Assembly: GCF_900090215.1 (NCBI RefSeq)
Contig: NZ_LT594522.1
Span: 180,001-212,000, forward strand
Source: a secondary endosymbiont of Trabutina mannipara
GTDB taxonomy: Bacteria > Pseudomonadota > Gammaproteobacteria > Enterobacterales > Enterobacteriaceae
Reading direction: 5' to 3'
DNA length: 32,000 bases
Part shown: piece after piece, positions 1-7,902 of the stretch
Position numbering within the stretch: position 1 is the first letter of the stretch
Layout: the number at the start of each line of letters is the position of its first letter
Made by a program: the position numbers and the translations under genes
The notes under the pieces: generated by a model
What the model saw: only the letters and a program-made list of their open reading frames with translations
Database searches by the model: none
Told to the model about the DNA's origin: nothing

Positions 1-216
1 CCGGTAGCGGACGAAGCAGCTATAGTTGAAGATGCTAAACTTATAGTCATTCAGGTTAACGGCAAGTTTCGGGGGAGAATTATTCTACCTGCAGATGCAG
101 ACGAAACTCTAGTACGTGATCGTGCGGAATATATGGTAGCCAAATCTATCTACGGTAAAAATGTTCATAAGGTGATTTATATACCAGGTAAACTACTTAA
201 TCTTGTCGTAGGTTAA
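1..216 (+). CDS. leuS: leucyl-tRNA synthetase, 3' end (partial, continues upstream of window)
   Basis: Frame-1 translation ...[31 protein letters not shown] matches the conserved enterobacterial LeuS C-terminus (...[14 protein letters not shown]). TAA at 214-216. holA follows, as in E. coli. Confidence 0.85.
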   Translation, partial: PVADEAAIVEDAKLIVIQVNGKFRGRIILPADADETLVRDRAEYMVAKSIYGKNVHKVIYIPGKLLNLVVG

Positions 217-269
217 ATGTATGCGATGCCAGGATAGGCGCAGAATACTAAAATGCTAATGATAAGATG

Positions 270-291
270 AATTTTATTTTAATTTTATTTT
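270..291. repeat. perfect tandem duplication, 11 nt x2 (AATTTTATTTT)
   Basis: Read directly. It lies in the leuS-holA spacer where lptE would be. Confidence 0.9.
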
Positions 292-317
292 AAGAAGCGA
301 GCAGTGCTATAATACGT

Positions 318-1361
318 TTGTATGCTGAGCAGTTGAATTTGCAATTAAGTAAATCATTAAGTACCTGTTATTTGCTGTTCGGTAATGAACCGCTACTCTT
401 GCAAGAAAGCCAGGATCTAATATGTAAAATAGCAAGAAAGCAACAGTTCGATGAATATTTTAGTATCATGTTAGACGCTCATACTGATTGGTATTCTATC
501 TTCAGTTTGTGCAAGGAGCGCAGTCTATTTTCTAGACGTCAGGTTTTACTGCTTCTTCTTCCAGAAGAAAGCATTAAATCAGACATGGGAGATAATTTGC
601 TACATCTTTCGTCACTGCTACATGACGATTTGCTACTTATTATACGCGGTACCAATATAACAAGCACCTTAGAAAAGAGCGCCTGGTTCAAGGAACTTAA
701 ATCAATTGCGGTGTTGGTAATTTGTATGACTCCTGAACAAACGCAACTGCCACAATGGGTAATGAAACGTGCTAACAGCATGAAGCTAAAGCTAGATAAT
801 GCAGCTTGTCAACTTTTATGCTATTGCTATGAGGGAAATTTACCAGCACTGGTACAAGTATTAGAAATGCTTTGTCTTATTTATCCTGACAGAAATATTA
901 CGTTTCCACGTGTTGAAATAACTGTGAATGACTCTTCGCACTTTACTATATTTAATTTAGTAGATGCTGTCTTGGCAGGTAAAAGCAAACGCGCTATACA
1001 TATTCTGCAGCAGTTACAACTTGAAGCAACTGATAATACGATTATAATACTACTGCGTAGTATCCAGCGTGAAATTATGCTATTATTAATGCTTAAACGA
1101 CACACTGCTGCCTCTTCTAGAGACATGCTGAAACTATGGTCTAAAAGAAAGTTACTGCTGAATCAAGCAGTAGAACGTCTTACTATGCTACAGCTAAGAA
1201 ATGCGATAGCGCTAGCTGCGAAAATAGAAATAGCGATCAAGCAGGATTATAAAGACTATGTTTGGTCTGATTTTAATGCATTAATACTGATATTATGCAG
1301 TAAATTGATGCCTGAAGCTATGTTCTCTGGATCTATATCCAGATTTCAAATCAAAATTTGA
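318..1361 (+). CDS. holA: DNA polymerase III delta subunit
   Basis: 347-aa ORF colinear over its full length with E. coli HolA (343 aa): YAEQL..., CYLLFGNEPLLLQESQD, HDDLLLIIRG, TPEQTQLPQWV, CYCYEGNL, VNDSSHFT. The start is uncertain: TTG at 318, while the codon at the ancestral ATG position is ATA (309-311). Confidence 0.85.
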   Translation: MYAEQLNLQLSKSLSTCYLLFGNEPLLLQESQDLICKIARKQQFDEYFSIMLDAHTDWYSIFSLCKERSLFSRRQVLLLLLPEESIKSDMGDNLLHLSSLLHDDLLLIIRGTNITSTLEKSAWFKELKSIAVLVICMTPEQTQLPQWVMKRANSMKLKLDNAACQLLCYCYEGNLPALVQVLEMLCLIYPDRNITFPRVEITVNDSSHFTIFNLVDAVLAGKSKRAIHILQQLQLEATDNTIIILLRSIQREIMLLLMLKRHTAASSRDMLKLWSKRKLLLNQAVERLTMLQLRNAIALAAKIEIAIKQDYKDYVWSDFNALILILCSKLMPEAMFSGSISRFQIKI

Positions 1362-1564
1362 AGTAACTGCCTCCAAAATGAGTTACATTAAAAATTAAAA
1401 TATATGCAAAATTTTTTTAAAATACGCACCTATAAACTTAAAAAGTTTACCTTTAAAACTAGCCGTAAAGGTAATTATCATTCCCTATATTCAAATATTG
1501 AGTAAATATAAGAAGCTGAAACTGAAATAGATATCTTCAGGTACGGTACTAGGATAATAATTAT

Positions 1565-2005
1565 GTTCATGTTGATAAGCGTGTGTGGGTAGCAATGCAC
1601 AGATCACAGTTAGTGCCGACGAAATATGGTTACAAAATCTTCCAGAATTTACTCAAGGACATGCAGGTAATGCAAATCATTTGCTTCATTCAGGTCATTG
1701 CCTGTATGTCCTACTTGATTTGCGACGTCGTAGTTAGTATAGTACGCGATATAATTACTCTGTTGGAGCAAACGGTAGCCACCGCGCTAATGCTGTGTTT
1801 ACGTTGGTAAACAAAAAATTTGTTCTATAGGTTTACGTATCAGAAAATGATGTACTTTACATCGTAGCGATGAATTTATCACCTTTTCTGCGTATTAAAC
1901 CATGCTGATATTCTGGGACTGTATATGAACGATATTGTTTCTGGCGGGATACCTATATTACTTGATGAATGCTTACGTATGCTAGAATATACGAGATATA
2001 AATAG
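1565..2005 (+). pseudogene. lipB: lipoyl(octanoyl) transferase pseudogene
   Basis: LipB homology is spread over at least three frames. ADEIWLQNLPEFTQGHAGNANHLL...CLYVLLDLRRRS then meets an in-frame TAG at 1735-1737. SIVRDIITLLEQTVATAL lies in a second frame. LSPFLRIKPC and IPILLDECLRMLEYTRYK* lie further on. About 20 codons (the ...PVIQSDRGGQVTYHGPG... region) are missing. Boundaries are approximate. Confidence 0.75.
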
Positions 2006-2048
2006 CTGATATCAGTAAAAAAAATTAATTAAAATAAAAAATTTAATT

Positions 2049-2666
2049 ATGGACTTATACTTTTATGATAAAACCAATAAAAATAAAATACGGTTAAAAA
2101 TAAAATACGGTAAATATGGTTATACTAAAGAAAAAAATAAAAATTTAGAAAATCAGGAAATTTTAAAAAAGCCATCTTGGATAAAAATTAAACTTCCTGT
2201 GGACTCAAACCGTATTCAGGCTCTCATGCGTAAAAATAATTTGCACTCAGTATGCGAAGCCTCTTGCCCCAAGAGGGCAGAATGCTTACGGCACTGCTAC
2301 CTTTAGGATTCTTGGTACAATCTGCACCAGACTGCCATCCTTTAATTAACATCGATCGATGCTTTGGTTCCAGATTTTCGTGTATGGAATTAGCATTAGA
2401 TATAATCAACGCTACACATCCTAATATTTTTAACCACAATTGAGAAAATGTACAGCGCCTTTATCGTCAGGTTCGTCCTGGAGCCGACTATCAACGTTCA
2501 CTAAAACTGCTTGAAAGTTTTAAAGAAGTTCATCCGAACATACAAACAAAATCTGGATTGATGTTAGGATTAGGAGAAACAGAAACTGAAATTATGAATT
2601 TAAAAAAAAGCGTTGGCAATGGGTTTCACTCATGTATCTTGTGGTCCTTTTTTTTGTTCATCCTAA
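2049..2666 (+). pseudogene. lipA: lipoyl synthase pseudogene
   Basis: Fragments match E. coli LipA in order but in shifting frames: [47 protein letters not shown], (F)[80 protein letters not shown]. The radical-SAM CxxxCxxC box is broken (CTR/CHPL). There is an in-frame TGA at 2441-2443 and two internal deletions (about 95 and about 50 codons). A 17-nt tandem duplication sits at 2078-2111. Confidence 0.88.
2078..2111. repeat. perfect tandem duplication, 17 nt x2 (TAAAAATAAAATACGGT)
   Basis: Read directly. It lies inside the 5' part of the lipA pseudogene. The length is not a multiple of 3, so it shifts the frame. Confidence 0.9.
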
Positions 2667-2723
2667 AAATATTATTTTTTATTGCATCTAATTTACCTCT
2701 CTTTGAGAGATATAGATAGTTAA

Positions 2724-3467
2724 TCATTGCATTTTATAAATAAGAGATACTGAAGTGCGAGTATTAGTATTTTGGGATGCTTCAGGTTGTTCTTTATTAC
2801 ATATAACATTGTAGGCTACTTTAAGAGAAAAATGTTCATTGATATCGATATTTAGCCCAGTTTCAGAATTAAACGTCGTGTTATTATTAGCGAATATTGA
2901 CAATCCCTGAAGAAAATTAGCATTTTTGGTTAACTTATAGCTATAAGAAACAGCAGCGTAGCCTATTGCTTTAGTTGTATTTTCTCCATTTTGATATTCA
3001 TTGTAGTTAATGCCAGGACCTGCTTCCATACGGATAGTGTAACTGGGTCCAGTTAATATCTGAAACCCGCAACCAGCAACGAGCGTATCCAGTGATCTAT
3101 AACCGTTATATCGATCGCTTAACCAACTGCCATTGGCAAAAAAAAATTTTTGCAGTATTATTTTTTTAGAAAAAGCAATATCATGACATTTTTTAAAAAG
3201 TAGATGGTTATCATAAAAATTGTGATATTCTTTTTTCCAGGATATAAAAGACTTTGGCTGTTGAAACCAGGTTATGCGAGTACTAGCTGCAAGATAAGAG
3301 TTGCGTATATTACTGCTATTGCTGCTCTGCCAGTTGTAAATGGTCTGAACATTACCCTCAATATTTTTTTGATAATTGGTATTTGCAAATACCGTAAAAC
3401 TAGCTAATAGTAGCATATTAAAAGTTATTAATGAAAAAAATACCTTATATTTTTTTTTACGTAGCAT
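2724..3467 (-). CDS. ydiY: DUF481-family outer-membrane beta-barrel protein (YdiY-like)
   Basis: 247-aa ORF with a signal peptide (MLRKKKYKVFFSLITFNMLLLASFTVFA/N). It is colinear with E. coli YdiY (252 aa): GSWLSDRYNGYRSLDTLVAGCG, GPGINY, IGYAAVSYSYKLTKNANFLQG, LNIDINEHFSLKVAYNV. Confidence 0.8.
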   Translation of the reverse strand: MLRKKKYKVFFSLITFNMLLLASFTVFANTNYQKNIEGNVQTIYNWQSSNSSNIRNSYLAASTRITWFQQPKSFISWKKEYHNFYDNHLLFKKCHDIAFSKKIILQKFFFANGSWLSDRYNGYRSLDTLVAGCGFQILTGPSYTIRMEAGPGINYNEYQNGENTTKAIGYAAVSYSYKLTKNANFLQGLSIFANNNTTFNSETGLNIDINEHFSLKVAYNVICNKEQPEASQNTNTRTSVSLIYKMQ

Positions 3468-3659
3468 ATAATACCTATTAAATTTGCAAAAAATAATTTT
3501 TTTTAGCCAAACCTAACCAATGCTGTAACTTTATCAGTTATGTACAGCATATTCTACTAAAATATACGGGACATTTTATTTTTATACGGTGTATTTTATA
3601 ATAGGTAAAATATATATTAATTCAATTTTATTGAAATGTATATTTCATGAGGTTTTTAA

Positions 3660-4050
3660 ATGGCAAATGTAGTTTTTGGTAGTGATACTGGCTGAAAATA
3701 TTGCTAAAATGATTCAGAAGCAACTGAGTACAGATGTTGCTTTTGATATTATTAATAGTAGCAAGGAAGATATAGAACAATATAATCGAGGTATACCAAC
3801 TTGGTAGCCCAGTGCGATTGGGATGATTTTTCCTACATTAGAAAATATCGATTTTAGCGGGAAGCTTGTTGCTTTGTTCTGCTGTGGCGATCAAGAAAAT
3901 TATGCATAGTATTTCTGCGACGCGGGTACTTTACGAAATATTATCTTGCTGATGAGGTCTATTGATGAGAACAGGCAGCCTTCACCGCTGAGCGCGTTAA
4001 AATTTGGGTAAAAAATGTTTGTATAGAGATGAATTTAGAAAAAAAATTTT
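3660..4050 (+). pseudogene. fldA: flavodoxin I pseudogene
   Basis: MANVVFGSDTG is followed by TGA at 3693-3695. Homology continues in other frames: ENIAKMIQKQLSTDVAFDIINSSKEDIEQY..GIPTW then TAG 3805-3807; QCDWDDF / FPTLENIDFSGKLVALFCCGDQENYA then TAG 3907-3909; YFCDA GTLRNII. About 40 codons are then deleted. IDENRQP / FTAERVKIWVK follows after another frameshift. The 3' boundary is approximate. Confidence 0.88.
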
Positions 4051-4107
4051 GCTGTCCGTTCTTTACCATGAAGGCAACTTAATTTTCTGCTTATAAGAAG
4101 TAAAATT

Positions 4108-5799
4108 CTATTTTAAAGTACTTTCAACTTTTAAAGTGTCACGAAGTTTGACTGTTCTATTGAATACTGGATAGTAATGACTAAAATAGCGGCTATCGGC
4201 GTAAAAATATCCTTCTCGTTCAAACTGAAATGGTTTACCTATGTCGGCTGCTAATATACCGGATTCTACAAAACCATAGCGAATTACCAGTGAATCAGGA
4301 TTCAACGTTGAGATAAAATCTTCTGCTGTGGTTGGATTAACATTATTAAATAATCTGTTATAAAGACGAAACTCTGCAGCGAGGCTACGGGTTGCAGATA
4401 CCCAATGGATTACACCTTTTACCTTACGGTTATTACCAGGATTTTTATTAAAAGTAGAGGGATCATGGCAACAAAAAATAGTTGTAATTTTCCCTTGAAA
4501 ATTTTTTTCTACACGTTCAGCTTTAATTACATAAGAATAGCGCAGGCGCACTTCTTTACCAAGTACTAAACGCTTGTATTGTTTATTATTATTTTCTTCA
4601 CGAAAATCTGCTTGATCAATATAAATTTCCCTGCTAAACGCGACCTGACGATTTCCCATTTCCGGCCTATTTGGATGGTTTGGCATTACAATATTTTGTT
4701 CATATTCTAATGGGAGACTTTCAATAATTACCCGTACAGGATTAATTATAGCCATAGCACGCGGTGCGTTATTATTTAGTTCTTCGCGAATACAAGATTC
4801 AAGCGTGGCTATTTCAACATTATTGTCTTTCTTCGTTATATTAATACGGTGACAAAATTCACGAATAGATGCCGCTGTATAGCCACGACGGCGAAAACCT
4901 GAAAGTGTCGGCATACGTGGATCATCCCAACCATCAACAATTTTTTTCATTACTAACAAATTAAGCTTACGCTTAGAAAGAATAGTATACTCTATATTAA
5001 GACGAGAAAATTCATACTGCCTGGGATGGACGTCAATTGTAATATTATCTAGAATCCAGTCATATAATCGACGATTATCCTGAAATTCTAGCGTGCATAA
5101 AGAATGGGTAATACCTTCTATCGCATCAGATATACAATGAGTAAAGTCATACATTGGATAAATGCACCACTTATCACCGGTATGATGGTGATTAACGAAT
5201 TTTATTCTATATAACACAGGATCTCGCATTACCATAAATGGTGATGCCATATCGATAATAGCCCTAAGGCATGCTTTTCCTTCTTCAAATTCTCCATTGC
5301 GCATTTTTACGAATAGGGATAAGTTTTCTTCTATTGTTTGATTACGGTAAGGGCTATTTTTACCAGGTAGCGTCAAAGTACCGCGATAATCGTGAATTTC
5401 TTCTGGCGATAATTGGTCTACATATGCTAGTCCTTTGCTAATTAACTCTAGTGCATATTCATATATTCTATCGAAATAATCAGATGAATAACGAATTTTT
5501 CCGCTCCATTTAAAACCCAGCCACTGTACATCGTACTTTATAGATTTAATATATTCTAAATGTTCTTTAACCGGATTTGTATCGTCGAAACGTAGATTGC
5601 ATTTTCCTCTATAATCATGGGCAATACCGAAATTGAGGCAAATAGATTTGGCATGTCCAATATGTAAATAACCATTTGGCTCAGGAGGAAAACGGGTATA
5701 CACCGATTTCTGCTTACCAGAAGCTAAATCTTCGTCTATAATTTTACGAATAAAATTCGTTGTACAGGTATTGGTATTATTATCCCTATCATTACTCAT
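4108..5799 (-). CDS. glnS: glutaminyl-tRNA synthetase
   Basis: 563-aa ORF. Class I HIGH motif ([10 protein letters not shown]) and KMSKS-like [18 protein letters not shown] and the overall sequence are typical of enterobacterial GlnS. Confidence 0.95.
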   Translation of the reverse strand: MSNDRDNNTNTCTTNFIRKIIDEDLASGKQKSVYTRFPPEPNGYLHIGHAKSICLNFGIAHDYRGKCNLRFDDTNPVKEHLEYIKSIKYDVQWLGFKWSGKIRYSSDYFDRIYEYALELISKGLAYVDQLSPEEIHDYRGTLTLPGKNSPYRNQTIEENLSLFVKMRNGEFEEGKACLRAIIDMASPFMVMRDPVLYRIKFVNHHHTGDKWCIYPMYDFTHCISDAIEGITHSLCTLEFQDNRRLYDWILDNITIDVHPRQYEFSRLNIEYTILSKRKLNLLVMKKIVDGWDDPRMPTLSGFRRRGYTAASIREFCHRINITKKDNNVEIATLESCIREELNNNAPRAMAIINPVRVIIESLPLEYEQNIVMPNHPNRPEMGNRQVAFSREIYIDQADFREENNNKQYKRLVLGKEVRLRYSYVIKAERVEKNFQGKITTIFCCHDPSTFNKNPGNNRKVKGVIHWVSATRSLAAEFRLYNRLFNNVNPTTAEDFISTLNPDSLVIRYGFVESGILAADIGKPFQFEREGYFYADSRYFSHYYPVFNRTVKLRDTLKVESTLK

Positions 5800-6020
5800 G
5801 ATAATTGTTAATATTCCTCACTTCATGTTAAATATTACTGCACAGCACAATAAGCAGCGTGTAAAAGGTTAAATCCCATCCATTGGTACCGTGGTAACGG
5901 AGATAGACATCTTAAATAATTAAAATATGTTTTTTAGCTAAAAATTTTCTATATTATGCAATTATACATAAAAATCTTTATGTAAGAAGCTACCAATTTA
6001 AATTAGTATCTGTTTTTAGA

Positions 6021-7319
6021 CTAACTTTTTTTTATTTTACTTAAAAAGTTAAAAGATGCGTTACCATTAAGTGCTTCTTCGATACGAAGAAGCTGATTGT
6101 ATTTAGCAACTCTATCGGAACGACTCATTGAACCTGTTTTTATCTGACCAGCAGAAGTTCCTACAGCTAAATCAGCGATAGTTGCGTCTTCTGTTTCTCC
6201 AGAACGATGAGAAATTACTGTGGTATAACCGGCATCTTTAGCCATCTGTATGGCCGCTAATGTTTCTGTAAGTGACCCACTTTGATTAAAGTTAATCAAA
6301 ATAGAGTTAGCGATACCTTTATCAATACCATCTTTTAGAATTTTAGTGTTAGTCACAAATAGATCATCACCCACTAATTGAATTTTACCCCCTAGTATTT
6401 TAGTTTGGTAAGCAAATCCATTCCAGTCTGATTCACTCATACCATCTTCAATAGAAACTATAGGATACTGTTTAGTCAAGTCTTCCAGATAATGAGTGAA
6501 TTCCTTAGAAGTAAAAATTTTACCTTCTCCTTTTAGATTATAATTTCCGGTATATTCTTCAAAAAATTCAGAAGCGGCGCAGTCTATAGCTAGAGTTATA
6601 TCTTTACCTAAAACATAACCAGATTTGTCTACAGATTCCTTTATAATTGCTAGCGCTGCTGCATTTGATTCTAGGTTAGGAGCATAACCTCCTTCATCAC
6701 CTACAGCGGTATTCATGCCTTTGCTTTTAAGCACTTTAGCAAGATTTTGAAATACTTCAGATCCCATACGAACCGCTTCTTTAATATTTTTGGCTCCTAC
6801 CGGCTGAATCATGAATTCTTGGATATCGATGTTATTATCGGCATGTTTACCGCCGTTGATAATATTAATCATAGGTAACGGCATTGAAAATTTACCTTGA
6901 GTACCATTTATATCCGCTATATGCTCATATAAAGGCATCCTTTTTGATACTGCAGCAGCTTTTGCTGCAGCCAGTGATACAGCAATAATAGCGTTGGAGC
7001 CAAATTTAGATTTATTTTCTGTTCCGTCCATGTCAATCATAGTTTTATCCAATATAACCTGATCTCTAGCGTTTTTGCCAAGAAGAGCATTAGCTAGAGG
7101 ACCATTTACTGCATCAACTGCTTTGGTGACGCCTTTACCTAAAAAACGGGACATATTTCCATCACGTAGCTCTAGCGCTTCACGAGATCCTGTTGAGGCT
7201 CCAGATGGTGCCGCAGCAAGACCAACAAAACCACCATTTAGGTGCACTTCTACTTCTACAGTAGGATTTCCTCTAGAGTCAATAATTTCACGTCCAATGA
7301 TTTTGGTGATTCTAGACAT
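6021..7319 (-). CDS. eno: enolase
   Basis: 432-aa [28 protein letters not shown]...[17 protein letters not shown]. It is full length and highly conserved relative to Eno. Confidence 0.97.
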   Translation of the reverse strand: MSRITKIIGREIIDSRGNPTVEVEVHLNGGFVGLAAAPSGASTGSREALELRDGNMSRFLGKGVTKAVDAVNGPLANALLGKNARDQVILDKTMIDMDGTENKSKFGSNAIIAVSLAAAKAAAVSKRMPLYEHIADINGTQGKFSMPLPMINIINGGKHADNNIDIQEFMIQPVGAKNIKEAVRMGSEVFQNLAKVLKSKGMNTAVGDEGGYAPNLESNAAALAIIKESVDKSGYVLGKDITLAIDCAASEFFEEYTGNYNLKGEGKIFTSKEFTHYLEDLTKQYPIVSIEDGMSESDWNGFAYQTKILGGKIQLVGDDLFVTNTKILKDGIDKGIANSILINFNQSGSLTETLAAIQMAKDAGYTTVISHRSGETEDATIADLAVGTSAGQIKTGSMSRSDRVAKYNQLLRIEEALNGNASFNFLSKIKKS

Positions 7320-7379
7320 TTAGATTTCCTTATTTAAAATTTTATTCTGTTTTCAGTATATAATTTTCACTTATGTATT

Positions 7380-7472
7380 TTATTGTCCATAAATACGGAT
7401 AACCGATTCGGTCGCTTGTAGCCAGTCGCGTGTTTCGATCGGATCCATGTCATTGCACAAATTTTATGACAT
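7380..7472 (-). pseudogene. aceE: relic of pyruvate dehydrogenase E1 (first 31 codons only)
   Basis: The reverse complement reads ATG TCA TAA AAT TTG TGC AAT GAC ATG GAT CCG ATC GAA ACA CGC GAC TGG CTA CAA GCG ACC GAA TCG GTT ATC CGT... = MS*NLCNDMDPIETRDWLQATESVIR. E. coli AceE begins MSERFPNDVDPIETRDWLQAIESVIR. Codon 3 is a stop, and homology ends about 60 nt from the eno start. Confidence 0.8.
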
Positions 7473-7812
7473 GGTTGTATTATTCCTTATATTTTTTCTT
7501 AGAAGCCTATTACGATTTTTTAGCAAATTTTTTAATCTCTAAAATGAGAAACAATATTTGTATGTAAGCCAAAAAATTTTACATACCATTACATGGTTAG
7601 CACATTTGCAATCAATTGCTGTGGTTGTATCTTATAATACTGCTATATTTAATTAATTACACCAAAACATATTTGTTCAATTTTTTTTGGTTAGTACCAG
7701 TAAGTACGCTGTTAAGGCAAGGTTATTTTGCATACTAGCCTAGCTTCTTAAAAAGAAGCTACATTAATAGTAAATTATGCAGGTATTATTATATAATTAA
7801 CAGAACTTACTA

Positions 7813-7842
7813 TAAGTGTAGTTTTATTAAGTGTAGTTTTAT
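7813..7842. repeat. perfect tandem duplication, 15 nt x2 (TAAGTGTAGTTTTAT)
   Basis: Read directly. It lies in the lepA upstream spacer. Confidence 0.9.
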
Positions 7843-7902
7843 AACGGCTTATGAATAAGAAAAAAAAGTAGAAGATAAAAAAAGATAATTAATGAAAAAT
7901 AA

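Noticed and set aside
217-237. ATGTATGCGATGCCAGGATAG directly after the leuS stop, as a possible lptE start remnant
   Set aside because: It is only six codons. The resemblance to the E. coli LptE start (MRYLA...) is too short to evaluate.
539-1126. ORFs 539..781(-) and 881..1126(-)
   Set aside because: They are antisense shadows inside holA. They have no homology signal and low-complexity composition, and the holA frame explains the region.
1447-1474. 9-bp stem TTACCTTTA / TAAAGGTAA about 85 nt after the holA stop
   Set aside because: It could be a holA terminator, but it is AT-rich and has no following T-tract. The support is too weak to annotate.
1583-2443. ORFs 1583..1810(+), 2049..2306(+), 2224..2439(-) and 2252..2443(+) as independent genes
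   Set aside because: The plus-strand ORFs are frame fragments of the lipB and lipA pseudogenes. The minus-strand ORF is an antisense shadow.
3204-3407. ORF 3204..3407(+)
   Set aside because: It is antisense to the well-supported ydiY CDS and has no recognisable similarity.
7075-7323. ORF 7075..7323(+)
   Set aside because: It is an antisense shadow of eno. Its Ala/Pro/Arg-rich translation is typical of the reverse frame of a conserved gene.
7741-7761. Perfect 9-bp hairpin TAGCTTCTT-AAA-AAGAAGCTA upstream of lepA
   Set aside because: It may be an orphan terminator left from a deleted gene, or part of the lepA leader. It has no adjacent T-run and no gene to assign it to, so it is not called as a feature.
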